Position numbers and translations under genes: made by a program. A stretch of DNA of 62,576 nt, counting the filler, from Rhabdomonas costata (lineage: Eukaryota): NCBI GenBank assembly GCA_019059605.1. It is 42 parts of 42 records of this genome, joined end to end, with 100 filler letters (N's around TTAATTAATTAA, not from the genome) between each part and the next. Parts side by side here need not be neighbours in the genome. Positions count along the whole stretch, not along the records: positions 1 to 1,394 come from JAHMHO010017244.1; positions 1,495 to 2,887 come from JAHMHO010017245.1; positions 2,988 to 4,380 come from JAHMHO010017246.1; positions 4,481 to 5,873 come from JAHMHO010017247.1; positions 5,974 to 7,367 come from JAHMHO010017248.1; positions 7,468 to 8,861 come from JAHMHO010017249.1; positions 8,962 to 10,354 come from JAHMHO010017250.1; positions 10,455 to 11,847 come from JAHMHO010017251.1; 34 more parts are not named here. One strand, written 5' to 3'. Each line of letters starts with the position of its first letter. Positions within the stretch are counted from its first letter, which is position 1. Shown piece after piece: positions 1-12,141 of this stretch. Under the pieces are notes generated by a model. The model did no database searches. It saw only the letters and a list, made by a program, of their open reading frames with translations, and was not told where the DNA came from.

Positions 1-272
1 TGTGGGGGGGGAGGGACATTCACCCCCCGTCACCACTCGAATAGAGAAGACTTATCTGTAAGTGATCAGCGAATATGTGGCTGGTGACGCACGGCCAAAA
101 TCGAGCAAAGTAGGATTTGCGCGATGTGAATGCGCGATGTGTTGTGGGCGCTTGTTCCAATACAGCCCCACCCCTCGGAGCCAGTGGGAGAAGCCCTGAA
201 GCCTGGTTCTGCGTTGAAAAGAGAGCATTTCAACAAGGAAACAGAGCGTTGGGCTTTCTATAGGGGCCGGAC

Positions 273-1266
273 CGCTGAGCGAAGTAGCGCTGTGAGTTCA
301 GCACAGCCGCTGCGCCGTCGATGGTGTGCAGGGCGTAGTCCACCGCGCAGCACTCCTGGGGAGCCTTGTGGCAGGCGCACAGGAACAGCCACTCTGGCGA
401 GGCCCTCATCTTCGGGCAGCTCGCCGGGGTGCACACAGGGGCCAGGGCCACCACAAAGCGGTTGAGGTCCAGCAGCAGCAGCCTGTCGCCCACGTCGACC
501 CACTAGCACGCGCTCACAGGGAAAGCAGAAGCCTTGCTTTCATCGAAACAAAGTTAACGAGTCCAGCCTTTGTCGCTCTTTGGCCATGTGATTTACCATT
601 TGAACGCCCATCCACCCTACAACATTTACACGACCAGTTATGTTCAGCGTTCAAAGTCGGGTGCAAAACATACTCACACAATGAGGGGGGAAGAGCGAGA
701 AAAGACTGAAGAGTGAAAGAAAGGTGGGGATGAAAGAGCATCCGAGGCAATAGCCGTGTAAAAAAGGAAAGGAAGGGGTATGCCCACATAAAGGGGCAAA
801 CAGCAGATGTCAAATCCGTGAGACATAGTGAATCACAATATCGATAATACACAAAACAACATAATACACAAATACAATATCGACAATAGCTTGGGAATGG
901 AAGGGTTATGCACATGGCACATTCCCCAGTTTTATCCAAATAACTTGTCCAGAGCAATATAAGCAGCGCCCCTGGAGCACCGTGTTTAAGTGAGTGAGTG
1001 TGTGTGTGGGGGGGGGTACGCAAAGGCTCAGCGATATAGGACAAAAATCCTCTCAGTCTTTCGTATTCCATCTCACCATCCCACCTTCCCGTCAATGCAC
1101 ACCGCATGTTTTCGTAGATCCACCGCAGTTCCACCATGGCGGCCTGCTGGGGGTCTGTGGGGAGCAGCCCCCGGGATGGGCTGAGGATGGGCTCTAGGTG
1201 GTGAGGCTGGCTCCGCAGCCTCTCCTGCAGCACCTCCTGCACCGCCAGCGGGGCACTGAGGTCAGC
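273..1266 (-). CDS. MOB4: MOB4/phocein (MOB-like STRIPAK component), two internal exons
   Basis: Exons 1266-1103 and 482-273 join through a phase-compatible GT-AG intron (1102-483). Product: LAVQEVLQERLR...WIYENMR|LLLLDLNRFVVALAPVCTPASCPKMRASPEWLFLCACHKAPQECCAVDYALHTIDGAAAVLNSQRYF. This matches phocein [63 protein letters not shown]. Confidence 0.9.
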
Positions 1267-4200
1267 CTGCAGTCCGGTAGGCAGGCGGAAGGCTCAGCAC
1301 CCACCACACACGCGATCGCAGGCCACACCTGAAACTCGCAGGACGTTCAGATCAGCCGCCAGCCTCTGAGCAACGGCTGCAAGTCAACAAACACNNNNNN
1401 NNNNNNNNNNNNNNNNNNNNNNNNNNNNNNNNNNNNNNTTAATTAATTAANNNNNNNNNNNNNNNNNNNNNNNNNNNNNNNNNNNNNNNNNNNNGCTAGG
1501 GAGGGCGGGAGGGCAATTGTTCAGCAGTGACGGAAGAAAGGTGTTGTGTCTGCATATGGCTGCACAATAAACAGGACATGTGAAGCATGAAGTTGACAGG
1601 CAACGCACAGGGTAAGCACGACGCACAGGAAAAGTCTCACTGCGTGGCTCACAACCACCCGCTCCAGCAACAGGCGGGAGGATAGAATCTCTAAGGTCAT
1701 TCAAAAATGGTGCTCTTTTCATCTGTATTCTTGATTAGAGTCTTGCTTTGGTGATCCTTATTGGACCGCATAGTTTTTTTAGTCGTTTTTCCTATTGCTT
1801 AATTTTGTTCCTGCTTTGAGCCAGTTCTAATGGGACGCACGCTTGTGGCATGTGGTGCATGTGGTGTGTCTTCAGGGGATGAGTGGTGCCAATGGAACCA
1901 CCCAGGCATCAGGCAAACGAAAATTGTGTTCATGGTGTACTACCACCCCAGAGTACACAAGCCGTTTCACAACGTAGCGTGGATCCCGCTTGGCGTGGGT
2001 CACAAGTTTCCCGTCCCGTCCCACTCTATGGTTCTCAACCATTCTCGAAGGTATGTTCGAATGCTGCCGCTGTACCTTTGGCGGTGTGCCTGTTTCTTCC
2101 TTGGAGTTTAAGAAAACAATAGTTCCTGAGAAGATTAAAAGCGACTTTTTATTTACTAGTTTGCGAATTTTTATGGAAAGGAGGCTTGTCAGGAAATGTT
2201 CGGCTCCTCCCCTCAAGCTCTGTCCTTCTTAATGCATCATCTTATCCAGAATTCCCCAAAGGGAAGCAGGCAGCACCCCTCCCTTCCTGGTCGTACTTCG
2301 CTGCTCGCTGCTTCAGCATTTTGGTCAACATGATGGCCTCCCTGGCCACTTCCACCAAGCGAGCACAGCTTGCTGCCGAGCTTCAGCGCAGCAGTGGTTT
2401 GTTTCCGCCAGGTTTCTTGTCTTTGGCAGAGCAAAATAGTGTGGTTTTGGTGGAATCAGTGGTGATAAAGGGCGGAAGGTCTGGTAGGGTATTATTCATT
2501 CATATTGTTATTCATTCACTGACAGTGTTTTCGATGCCAGCAGCTCTGAGCAGCGCTGCTGAGATGATGTGGTCCAAAATATTTAGAAGAAAGAATTAAG
2601 AGCAGCTAGCTCGCAATTGCTGGTTGGTATCGTTGGGTCCCACAAACCCGTATACAGATTTTTACGTATCCTTTCGAATTTTCGCGAACCAAATCTCCAG
2701 GGCGACAAATACGAATGCTTTTGGACTCGTGAACAAATGGACATGATAATGGTCATCCTCGAAGAACAATCATTTTAACGCTGCTAACCGGTTACTGTTT
2801 GATCGACGAAAGTTGAGTTGTGTGCGCTCATGCGGCAAAGCCCAAGAAAGTTAATGCAAAAAAGTTTGACGTCCCCTCCCCAAAACCNNNNNNNNNNNNN
2901 NNNNNNNNNNNNNNNNNNNNNNNNNNNNNNNTTAATTAATTAANNNNNNNNNNNNNNNNNNNNNNNNNNNNNNNNNNNNNNNNNNNNGGGGTTTTGGAGG
3001 AAGGAAGGGAGGGAGGAAGAGGCGTACGATCATTTCATCATGCTCGGTATCAAACGAAGAGCTACTCTTCTCAGCCATTTTAGATGCTCCAACAGAAAAA
3101 ACCTGCCACAGAGCAGAAAGAAGACGGCAGCGCCCCGTGTGGTTGGTGCAGCGGCCTCATGAAAAATTGCGGAAGGTGGGATGCCTAATGAGGCTTTTGT
3201 TACTCGCGGAAAGAGACCTGTCATGCAACTGCCGCCCTTCTCCGAATACCTCCTTATCTGATTCCTATCTTTCTTTCCGCCTTCCTTTCTAACTCAACCC
3301 CCTACCCTCAGCTGACCTCTGAACTCCACCGAACGCGTTCCACGTATATAAGTTGCCCGTTTGCAGTTTGGTTTCCTGCCAACTTTTGCCTTGTGTTGTT
3401 TTTACATTGGTCAGCAGTACAGCAGTCTCCACAAGCCCTCGAGCAGACACTTATGTATCAATGGTTAGGAAGTATCATCCGCAGCTCTGCCGTAACGTAA
3501 CACTTCATGCCAAATGTCAAGCAAGACAACGTACACCATTTTGCAGACAGAGGCCCACACCAACCAGTGCCGATAGACCAGATAGGGCGAAAACAGGGGT
3601 TGCCCAACCTTGGGTAGCAGAACGGAAGTTCTTCTCAGCATCCAAACCGAACACTTGTGCATGCGCCTGAGCTTGTGCCAGCAAGGTCCCACGGTGTGCT
3701 GCACCGGCGATGGCTACTGCATCTTGTCTCGCATCGGAGCGAGCAATTTCAGCACCGCCTCCTTCACATTGGGAGGGTAGACGACCCCTATAGAGAGAGG
3801 CAGTGGCCCGCAATTGGATGCAAGGTCGAAATGCTTTGGAACGGTTGAACCGAAAAAAAAAACAAGAAACGGCTCACCAAGATTGACGCAGTGTCCGTTT
3901 TGAAAACCCACACCACCCGCGGGAACTAATACGGAGTCAAGGTATTCGGGCTTGTGAGAGAGGGCCTGGCAGAGATCCATGGACGAGGTGGAAGCGACAT
4001 CTGATGGCCGCCGTGTACGCAGGAACAAGACCCAACCTGTGCTGTCGAAGAACCGGTCAAACCCAGCGCTTTGACTCGCAGTCTGGAGGACGTCGTTGGT
4101 ACGGTGCATCGCAATCGCCCTCCCTGAAGGACAGGAAAAGCCATCGCAAACCCAACAACAACCACAAGCTTAAGCAAAAAGAAATCCATGACACATTCGG

Positions 4201-6026
4201 GACCCACATATAATTGGATTGTTCCCTCGCATAAGTACAAAACTGATTATCAATATTTTGATTCGAGCACATGGCAGAGGAACAAAGCAGACAGGCCAGA
4301 AGACGGAGAACAGGGCCGCACTTAAGTTGCAAATACAAAACCTTCTCCGAATCGTTTGGAACAATTTTTGCAAACAAACANNNNNNNNNNNNNNNNNNNN
4401 NNNNNNNNNNNNNNNNNNNNNNNNTTAATTAATTAANNNNNNNNNNNNNNNNNNNNNNNNNNNNNNNNNNNNNNNNNNNNGAAATACGAAACATTTTTCA
4501 TCCCACTGAAAAAACCAGGGGAGAGAAGATACAAATACACTCTCGCGTTTATTCGGGACCCGTTCCCAGAATTCCTTGCCGCAAAGTCGGTAACCTGTCA
4601 AAAACAACAGCAAAAACACAAGCTTTGTATTTGGGGGATAGAAAGAAGAAAGGCAGAAAGCGAGGACCCGAAAGATGGATGAAAAGAAAGATGTCCCTAG
4701 CATACGGCCGGGGTGCTCACACAGAGATCCCCATAAGATGATCAGGCGTTCAGCAACTGTCCTCAACCGCAAAGGCAAGCATAGGCATGAATGAAACATA
4801 TCAGTGTGTGCAACAATTTCTGAGGTGGAATCACATTCCACGGATGCCGGCGCCCGCAACCAGTGATTGAACAATTCAGCCCGAAAGTGGGGAAGTTTTC
4901 CCACGACCAACAAAACTTGCCACACACACAAACGGTTTGAAGAAAAAGGGAGTTGGATTTTGTGCCATTTCGCAGTAATTCGCAAACTAGGGCTACCCCG
5001 CCAAACAGTCTGAATGGCCCTACCATGTTGCTACTGACGACATAAGGGATCATTGAGAGAAAAGCAAAAAAAACAAAAAAAAACAGCAACCTTCCCACGT
5101 GACAACGGAAGGGGCTCAGCTCAGCACTCCGCCCTCCAGGGCCTCCAGCCTCACCGGATTCTGGCGCAGGAACCGGGCCACCCCTCGGGGCCAGAAAGGC
5201 TGAGCGAAGGGGTTGCCAAACGTGCGGCGGCGATCCATGGAGTCGCCCAGGCGGAGAGCGCCCTGAGGGCGAAGGTTGGCCTGCAGCGTCTCAAACAGCT
5301 CGCTTGCCTGGTGAGCTTCCACGTGAAAGCTGTCCGCCATTGGGAGGAAAGGGGTTACGCGAAGATGGTAGGGGCTGAACAAAAGCAACGAATTTTATTT
5401 CCTTAGACTTCCCAAAAAGAGGTGGGGCAAGGGCACCCAGTGAATCGGCTCGTGGAGATGTACAACGCTGTTCAGTACAGAGACATGACCGACATTAGCC
5501 TCGCAGGAAGGATGGAGAGACGTGTTATGGAAGGAAAGGTGGGTGCTGGTTTTCGGACTTGTTGGTCAGAAAAGTGAGTGCCTTTCCCCCATCACCCATC
5601 CCAAGCACAAAAAAATAACGAAGACAGCGCTACGACAGCAACCAGCATTTCCGACGTTGTCACAGTCTTCTCCATTGGGATGGTAAGTGGCTGCTGAATA
5701 GCAGTTATTACGCCATAAATTCGCTTTCACAGCAATGGATCATTTTCGTTTGCGAATATGTACACCAAAAGGAGTTCCCCAGCATTGGTAGCATGCATAT
5801 GTCCCACTGAATGTCGCAGTATCAGCCACAGCGAGGGCGAAGACAGAAGTTCCATTTAGGCCCCCCCCACACCNNNNNNNNNNNNNNNNNNNNNNNNNNN
5901 NNNNNNNNNNNNNNNNNTTAATTAATTAANNNNNNNNNNNNNNNNNNNNNNNNNNNNNNNNNNNNNNNNNNNNTTTTGCTAAACTTTGGGACATTGTTGA
6001 GTCTATTTGTTGGCGTTTATTCATAT

Positions 6027-6500
6027 GGCATAACTTTCGCAGTGACCCTTTTTCTAGGGGACACGGGCAAGGCTTCCTAACCCCCTGCGAGAAGAAATAC
6101 TTGTCCTATGGGACACAGCCACGGCTTCCTAACTCCCTGCGAGAGAAATAAAAGCACACATCACTGGAAATGCCCGTCAATGTGCTCCATCAAAGTGAGG
6201 AAAGGGTCCTTTCCACACAAGTTGGCTCTCCACTGGAATTCCTTTACATATCCAGGCAAGTGTCCGTCACTTCTGGTCAGTACACACCAGACCAGGCTTG
6301 CCCCTATATACACTGGGCTTAAGGTCAGAGCCACATTTTGAGCACTTAGAAGGAGAAGGAGGATCTTGGAGAACTCCGTAACCTTTCAGCCACTCCCGAA
6401 GCTTTTTTCATCATTGCAGAGGTCCAAGACATCATAAATTGTCAACATGAGTAACAAAATATAAGGGAAGGAAAAAAAGGGTCACTGCGAAAGGAGTGCC
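6027..6500 (-). mobile_element. Non-autonomous, internally deleted Merlin (IS1595/ISXO2-like) DNA transposon
   Basis: Terminal inverted repeats are GGCATAACTTTCGCAGTGACCCTTTTT (6027-6053) and AAAAAAGGGTCACTGCGAAAGGAGTGCC (6473-6500). Two ~42-bp subterminal direct repeats lie at 6058-6099 and 6110-6150. The flanks attcatat / attttgtat may be a decayed TSD. A transposase remnant lies inside. Confidence 0.8.
6161..6448 (-). pseudogene. Merlin/ISXO2-like transposase remnant: N-terminal Zn ribbon fused to C-terminal helix, DDE core missing
   Basis: MLTIYDVLDLCNDEK(frameshift)LREWLKGYGVLQDPPSPSKCSKCGSDLK...LVCTDQK* is followed, in another frame, by GHLPGYVKEFQWRANLCGKDPFLTLMEHI. The latter matches the HLxxYLxEFxWR...DPFxxLLxxI C-terminal motif of ISXO2-like transposases. 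Confidence 0.75.
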
Positions 6501-7659
6501 ATTTTGTATTTGTATGATGAAAAAGTCGCAAAAGGAACACACAGAGGAAAAAAAAGCTGCCCCTTACCTCACCCTTGTGCTGCTGACTCCCATGGCCACT
6601 AAGACGCTGCACTTTTCTTTCCGCTCAAGAACGCCTAGAAGAAGAAGAAAAAAGGCAAGAACAAAACTTATCAAAAGGTGTTTTCTGCGCGTGCACAAAA
6701 AAAACACCCCCACAACCGAGAGCCTCCAGTCAGCCAAGAGCCGCTCAAGCAGCTTCTTCACGCCACTTTCTGCTACTTTCCTTTCCTTTCCTTTTTGCGT
6801 GAACGTCGTTGTGTCAGCCTTCTTGAGAGGATAAGAGGGTGAAAGGGGTAAACTCTGAGCTGATCAGCAGAATGATCTGATGCCCATCTGAAGTGACTGG
6901 CGTTTCGGCCTTGGCGGAGTGGTTGGGTCATACTCAGCAAGGTATGATCTCCACCTGTCTTGGACTTCGTCGGGTTCTTTGCGGCTGTGTGAGGTGGGGG
7001 TGACCGGATGATGGCTGCAATTGGGCTGTGGTTGAGGTGCGGGGTTATGTATGAGAGAGAGAGATCTTCTTGAGAGAGAGGTTTCCCATAATGTGTCACC
7101 TTCAGGGAAGCGTCAGTCCCAATACATCGCAGTCGAATGTCAGGAGCAGCTTCGTGGTTACCGAAATGTACCAACAGCTATTCTTTTTTATGGCTCTGTT
7201 CGAGTAATAACCCGACTTGGTATCGGAAAAAATGAGGAAAGAACCGTGAAAATCAAATATTGGGAAAACGGACCTCACAAAAACAACCCCATCCGATTTC
7301 TGCAATTCTGTGCTGGGACGTCCATTTCCTTCGCATACCGTGGTGACGTCTCGAAACCAAAAAAAAANNNNNNNNNNNNNNNNNNNNNNNNNNNNNNNNN
7401 NNNNNNNNNNNTTAATTAATTAANNNNNNNNNNNNNNNNNNNNNNNNNNNNNNNNNNNNNNNNNNNNTGTTTTGGTGAGCAGAAGAGTACTCTGTATGAG
7501 GAAATCGAAAAGGGGGGGGGGCACATTGCACAGCAACGGTTGCATGAGGGATAGTTGTTTTCCTTGAAGGCAGTGTTTAACCAGCTTCGCTCACTGAGAT
7601 GTGTGGGGAGGGTACGACCCCTCAGGCACCACCCCGCTCACCAATTTTGCTTTCTTCAG

Positions 7660-8850
7660 GATATGAAGTGAAGACGCAGGGTATGCCTTTTGGGTTTTCC
7701 GCTATGCTTTTTATTGCGTGTATCCCGCGGTATCACGAAAAGGAATGTTTTTAGAAGGTTTCTGAGAATGCCGGAAATATCTGTACCCCATGTTGCATTG
7801 CCATTGCTTGGGAATGGGGAAAATGAAAGAGTCCAGTACAGCATTTTTCAGTTCGATTCACCTGACCCGATTTTCTATTAGTACCCCGCATTGTGTGTGC
7901 AGCTGGTAAATCCTACGTCATTAAATATTCGCTATTCATTGGAAAGTTGCGCGGAAAGTTAGCGTCAGGGTCGATTCATTTGGAACAAAAGTTTTCACGT
8001 TGCCGATGCCCCATTGACTCTGTTTTACTCAAGAACATGCTCATTTTGTTGTGCTTTCTTCTTCTCGAGACTTTTTGTGAAGACATTCTCCCATGTGGTT
8101 CCCTATCATTTGCAGCAAGTTTTCTTTCGTCTGGAATTGTTTTCCGGGGAAAACACAGGGGACTCCTTCATCATCGCCTTCAGTGACCCAATTGAGGCTT
8201 GCAGGCTTTCCTTGGCGGTACACCGTCAGGTTTGTGGTGCGTGTGGTATTTTTGAAATGAAAAAGTCGCGGTGCCAGTGTTGTAACGGGCTTCTTGCGTG
8301 GTTCACACACATGTTTACGTTGGGGAAAAAACACAAGGAAGAAAAACGCAAGAAAATATCAGGCCAGTTTATGATAAAGCTTGAATTGAGCTGAGCCTCT
8401 GTTGGTGCTAACTCGGTGTTTGTACCCGTCGGTCTGGGTTACAGGTACATCCATCGTGAATCCTCGCTTGGGGGGTTTGTGTAGCTTCTCCGGGACGGGG
8501 AGCCGGTTTCCTCCATTGTGGGTTTCGATGCTGCAGTAGGTACAGATGTGGGTGAATTGGTCGCATGTTTTAACAAGTTACCCGCAGGAAATCTGTGGAC
8601 TACTAAAGCATGGGTGGGCTGGGTAGGCTTCAATGGATTATGGGTTGTGGGTTGGTGGGATGCCAGCTGCTAACGCTGAGGTGGGAGACCGCGCTGCATG
8701 GGCTGGTGGAGTCCACGGAGATGGAGACGATTGCGCTCCCCAGTGGCAAGGTGACCTACCTGTGGAAGGGGCTCAGGGTGCGGATGGGGCTGCACGTTGG
8801 GCGGCCCCTCTCTCAGCGGGACATCATCACCAACCGCATGGACTACTTCG
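7660..8850 (+). CDS. Class III adenylate/guanylate cyclase catalytic domain, three internal exons
   Basis: Exons 7660-7680, 8159-8229 and 8667-8850 are all GT-AG and in phase. Product: YEVKTQ|GDSFIIAFSDPIEACRLSLAVHRQ|LLTLRW...LWKGLRVRMGLHVGRP..RDIITNRMDYFG, the kinetoplastid/fungal-type YEVKTxGD, GLRVRMG.H.G and DYFG motifs. Confidence 0.92.
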
Positions 8851-8961
8851 GTACGCATCTGNNNNNNNNNNNNNNNNNNNNNNNNNNNNNNNNNNNNNNN
8901 NNNNNTTAATTAATTAANNNNNNNNNNNNNNNNNNNNNNNNNNNNNNNNNNNNNNNNNNNN

Positions 8962-10336
8962 TAGAAGCTTGTGATGATAATCCAACGGAGTCCAATAGAC
9001 GTTGAGCTTGCGCTGTTCTTGACTTCAGAAGATTACCGGCTGCGTTCCGGTCGTGGAGCGATAGTACTGAGGCCGTCTCGTCCCCTGCGTTACTGTACCA
9101 TAGCACTCGGCCGTTGCCTCTAGGATCCATCTCCGCTTCACAATGTTCATACGTTACCTTCAGTGCCCCGTCTAACACTGTGTCCGTCAAATGCTGATAC
9201 AACACGTCACCTGGTTCGGCGAATTCTTTTCTTATGTCTATCCTATCTCCTGTGACCCATTTTAACTCATGAAAGAATCTCCTATCGCCCAAAACCCATG
9301 CTCCTTTATCATTTTTGTTTCTGGTTGTTTTTCTCAATGTGTAAAACCATCCATAAACATTTTTGCGTGGCAGTTTTGGTTCAGCGTCGCCCCATTGTGG
9401 ACATGGATCAAACGATCTAGTCGGGTGACTGTATTCATTGATGACGTGTGCAGGTAGCATTAATTGGGCTCCACCAACTACTTCTTGCCAGATCGGTGCT
9501 GTTTTATTACCTAAGTATTTATCGTATGCCGTGATCAATGGTCTCCAGCTAAGTAACGGCCAATCGTTAGAGGTTTTAGGTGTTTTTGTTTCTAATTTAA
9601 TCCATCCGGTTTCATCTAATTTAGCTATAGCGAATATCTTATGCAGCTGGGAACGTATATCTTCTTTTTTTAAATATTTTTTTATCATTTCCCACATTTG
9701 ATAGTCGAGTGCCCACACAGAATATTGAAAGGCTGTAATTTCCTTAAAAGTGTGGCCTGCACAATCAATTAAGCAACCTTTACTGACAGCCAGCTCTTGG
9801 TTGGCTTGTAGCATTTGTTCTGCAGCGTCTTGTTCTCCCCAACCTACCAGATTTAAAAATAATTGACCGTCATTTCTAAATATTCCTACATTAATATAAT
9901 TTAACGTTTTAGCTAAATTATCTTCCTTTTTCTTAGGTGCTGTTGGCGTTGCTTCTATTTCATCTGTAATTAGCTTCTCTGCAAGCTCTTTTTCACCCCA
10001 AAAAAGAAGCTCAAAGAATATGTTATAAAGGGTTTCTTTTTGAGTTTCTAAAGAAGAAATGTTTATATGTTCTTTGCCACATTTAGATATATATGGTCTA
10101 ATAAAATTCTGAATAAAGTTAAATACTGACGGTTCTTCTTTTAGAAGTCGTGCTATTGAAGCGTCGTAGCCATGTTTAACGCCTTTGGTTACTTGGATTT
10201 TTTTCCATGGTGTAGTCATTAAGTATCTTGCTAAGAAATATTCATATGCTGATTTATGAATAAACGAGTATTCGTGGCCGCTGCGGCGAAGTGGCAATAG
10301 GCCTTTCACTGCCGCTTTGTCTTGATACCCCACCAC
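8962..10336 (-). CDS. Partial bacterial-type protein: NACHT-associated C-terminal region plus Legionellales-effector-like domain
   Basis: The frame is open and intronless across the whole contig, which is visibly AT-richer than its neighbours. LPLRRSGHEYSFIHKSAYEYFLARY and LLKEEPSVFNFI resemble post-NACHT motifs. LVGWGEQDAAEQML..DCAGHTFKEITAFQYSVWALDYQMWEM..VGGAQLMLPAHVINEYSHPTRSF resembles a domain I recall from Legionella-like proteins. Both ends are truncated. Confidence 0.7.
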
Positions 10337-12141
10337 CCAACCACACCCACCACANNNNNNNNNNNNNNNNNNNNNNNNNNNNNNNNNNNNNNNNNNNNTT
10401 AATTAATTAANNNNNNNNNNNNNNNNNNNNNNNNNNNNNNNNNNNNNNNNNNNNAAATATCAATACTAAGGGTTATTATGACGCGTTTGACCTCTTGAAC
10501 GCATTAACTGCTCCAAAATATGGCAATTTTATTCACTAAAATGTTGCCACAGAGGCAGTATCAAACACTGAAACCATGTGAAGGTGTACGAGTAACACGT
10601 TGTTCGAAATTTTTATCTCAAATGTGTTTTGTTATCCAGGAAACTTCAATTCCATTAAATTTTATCTGCACCTCTCCTTCTGTTGTTTGTCACCATCCAC
10701 TCTTTATACACACGCACAGCTGGTTCGTGAAGCACTTGATGCTACTAGCCGCATTGCTGCACTTTCTCTTGCGCATGATAGACGGAGCCAGATGCTCACT
10801 GCTTATTAATGCGTAATTAAAGCATTGGGTTCACCCAGATCAGACCAACATCACCACGCCGCGCTGTGGTGACTTTTGGGTTGCTCCAAGAAGCGCATGT
10901 GCAAGGATGTCATGCTCACGCTTTTAGCACCAATCCATAATGTTGATTCACAACAATCTGTGCAATATCTTTGCGTTCAGCGCATACGACACATTATCCA
11001 TCGTGTTCCACTCTACACCGCTTTGTATCAAGGTCTCGCGGTGCAATACTTGGAATTAACCTCGTCATATAACGGTGAACACATCCGACACCACACTCGA
11101 CCTGCATCGAGCGCGAATTGAAAGCTCTGCCACTGGTGAGCGCTTGAGTACGAGGTCCTTCTTTGTGACAGGTGTCATCCACTCCGTCCTCGCGGGGAAC
11201 GTGTGGAACATAGACAGTATGCACAGTTCGTAGCCAAATACACACCATACTCCAAGCTTCCAGAAGTGCGCCAACGCTGAGCCCGAGTACACGCAGCACC
11301 TGTGATGTGACTGTGCCCCATAGGACCACGTTCGTCGCGAACGCTTAGCTGCAGTCGCTGCCTTGCGTACCTCCTGGAAGAGCTGTCTATCCATCTGCGG
11401 CACCATGCCTGTGGGGATGTATGACGACATAGCCGTATGCTTACGAGTTGCTACTGCTGTGCATCTGCTAATGGCGTCCACCCTGCGTGCCCCCCATTAT
11501 TGCCAGAATGCCACCATGCACTCCTCGAGTTCTGCAAGCGCTATTCGGACATGTTGTTTTCTACCATTGGCCTTTGAGGTACCCCTGTTGCTGGAGACCT
11601 CCTGGACAGCTTGAATTCTTCGCTGTCGACCTGGCATGGCTGCCACTTTCTCGAAAATTGCGTATGCACTCACATCAACTACGCTGCTTTGTACATCCAC
11701 AAACTGGAGTATCGACACATGCCGTTCTCCGAAAAAACACGCGCTGACCACAACATCACCATTGTGGTTTTGGAAATTGACTTCGAGCTCTACTAGGGTT
11801 AGACCTCCATGCCTCCAAGCGGAGGTCTAACAGTCGCACAGTCGCAANNNNNNNNNNNNNNNNNNNNNNNNNNNNNNNNNNNNNNNNNNNNTTAATTAAT
11901 TAANNNNNNNNNNNNNNNNNNNNNNNNNNNNNNNNNNNNNNNNNNNNGGTGGTGGGTGTCATGTGAGAATGTTCTCCCGTTTTTCACTTGTCGGCGATGT
12001 TCGCCATAGCTCTCGAACTATGGAACATTGATCGGTCGTAAGCCAATTATGGAAATGGTTTTTTGTCAGAGATTATTTGCATGGTTTGCATGTTTGCATG
12101 GTGGTATGCCCAGGTGGATGAATGAGTGGGTGGGGGCTCAG

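Noticed and set aside
3517-4010. Weak resemblance to a D5-like primase-helicase (YLDSVL..VGFQNGHCVNL; AQVFGLDAEKNF)
   Set aside because: No Walker A motif is visible, the frames are broken and the similarity is too short to support.
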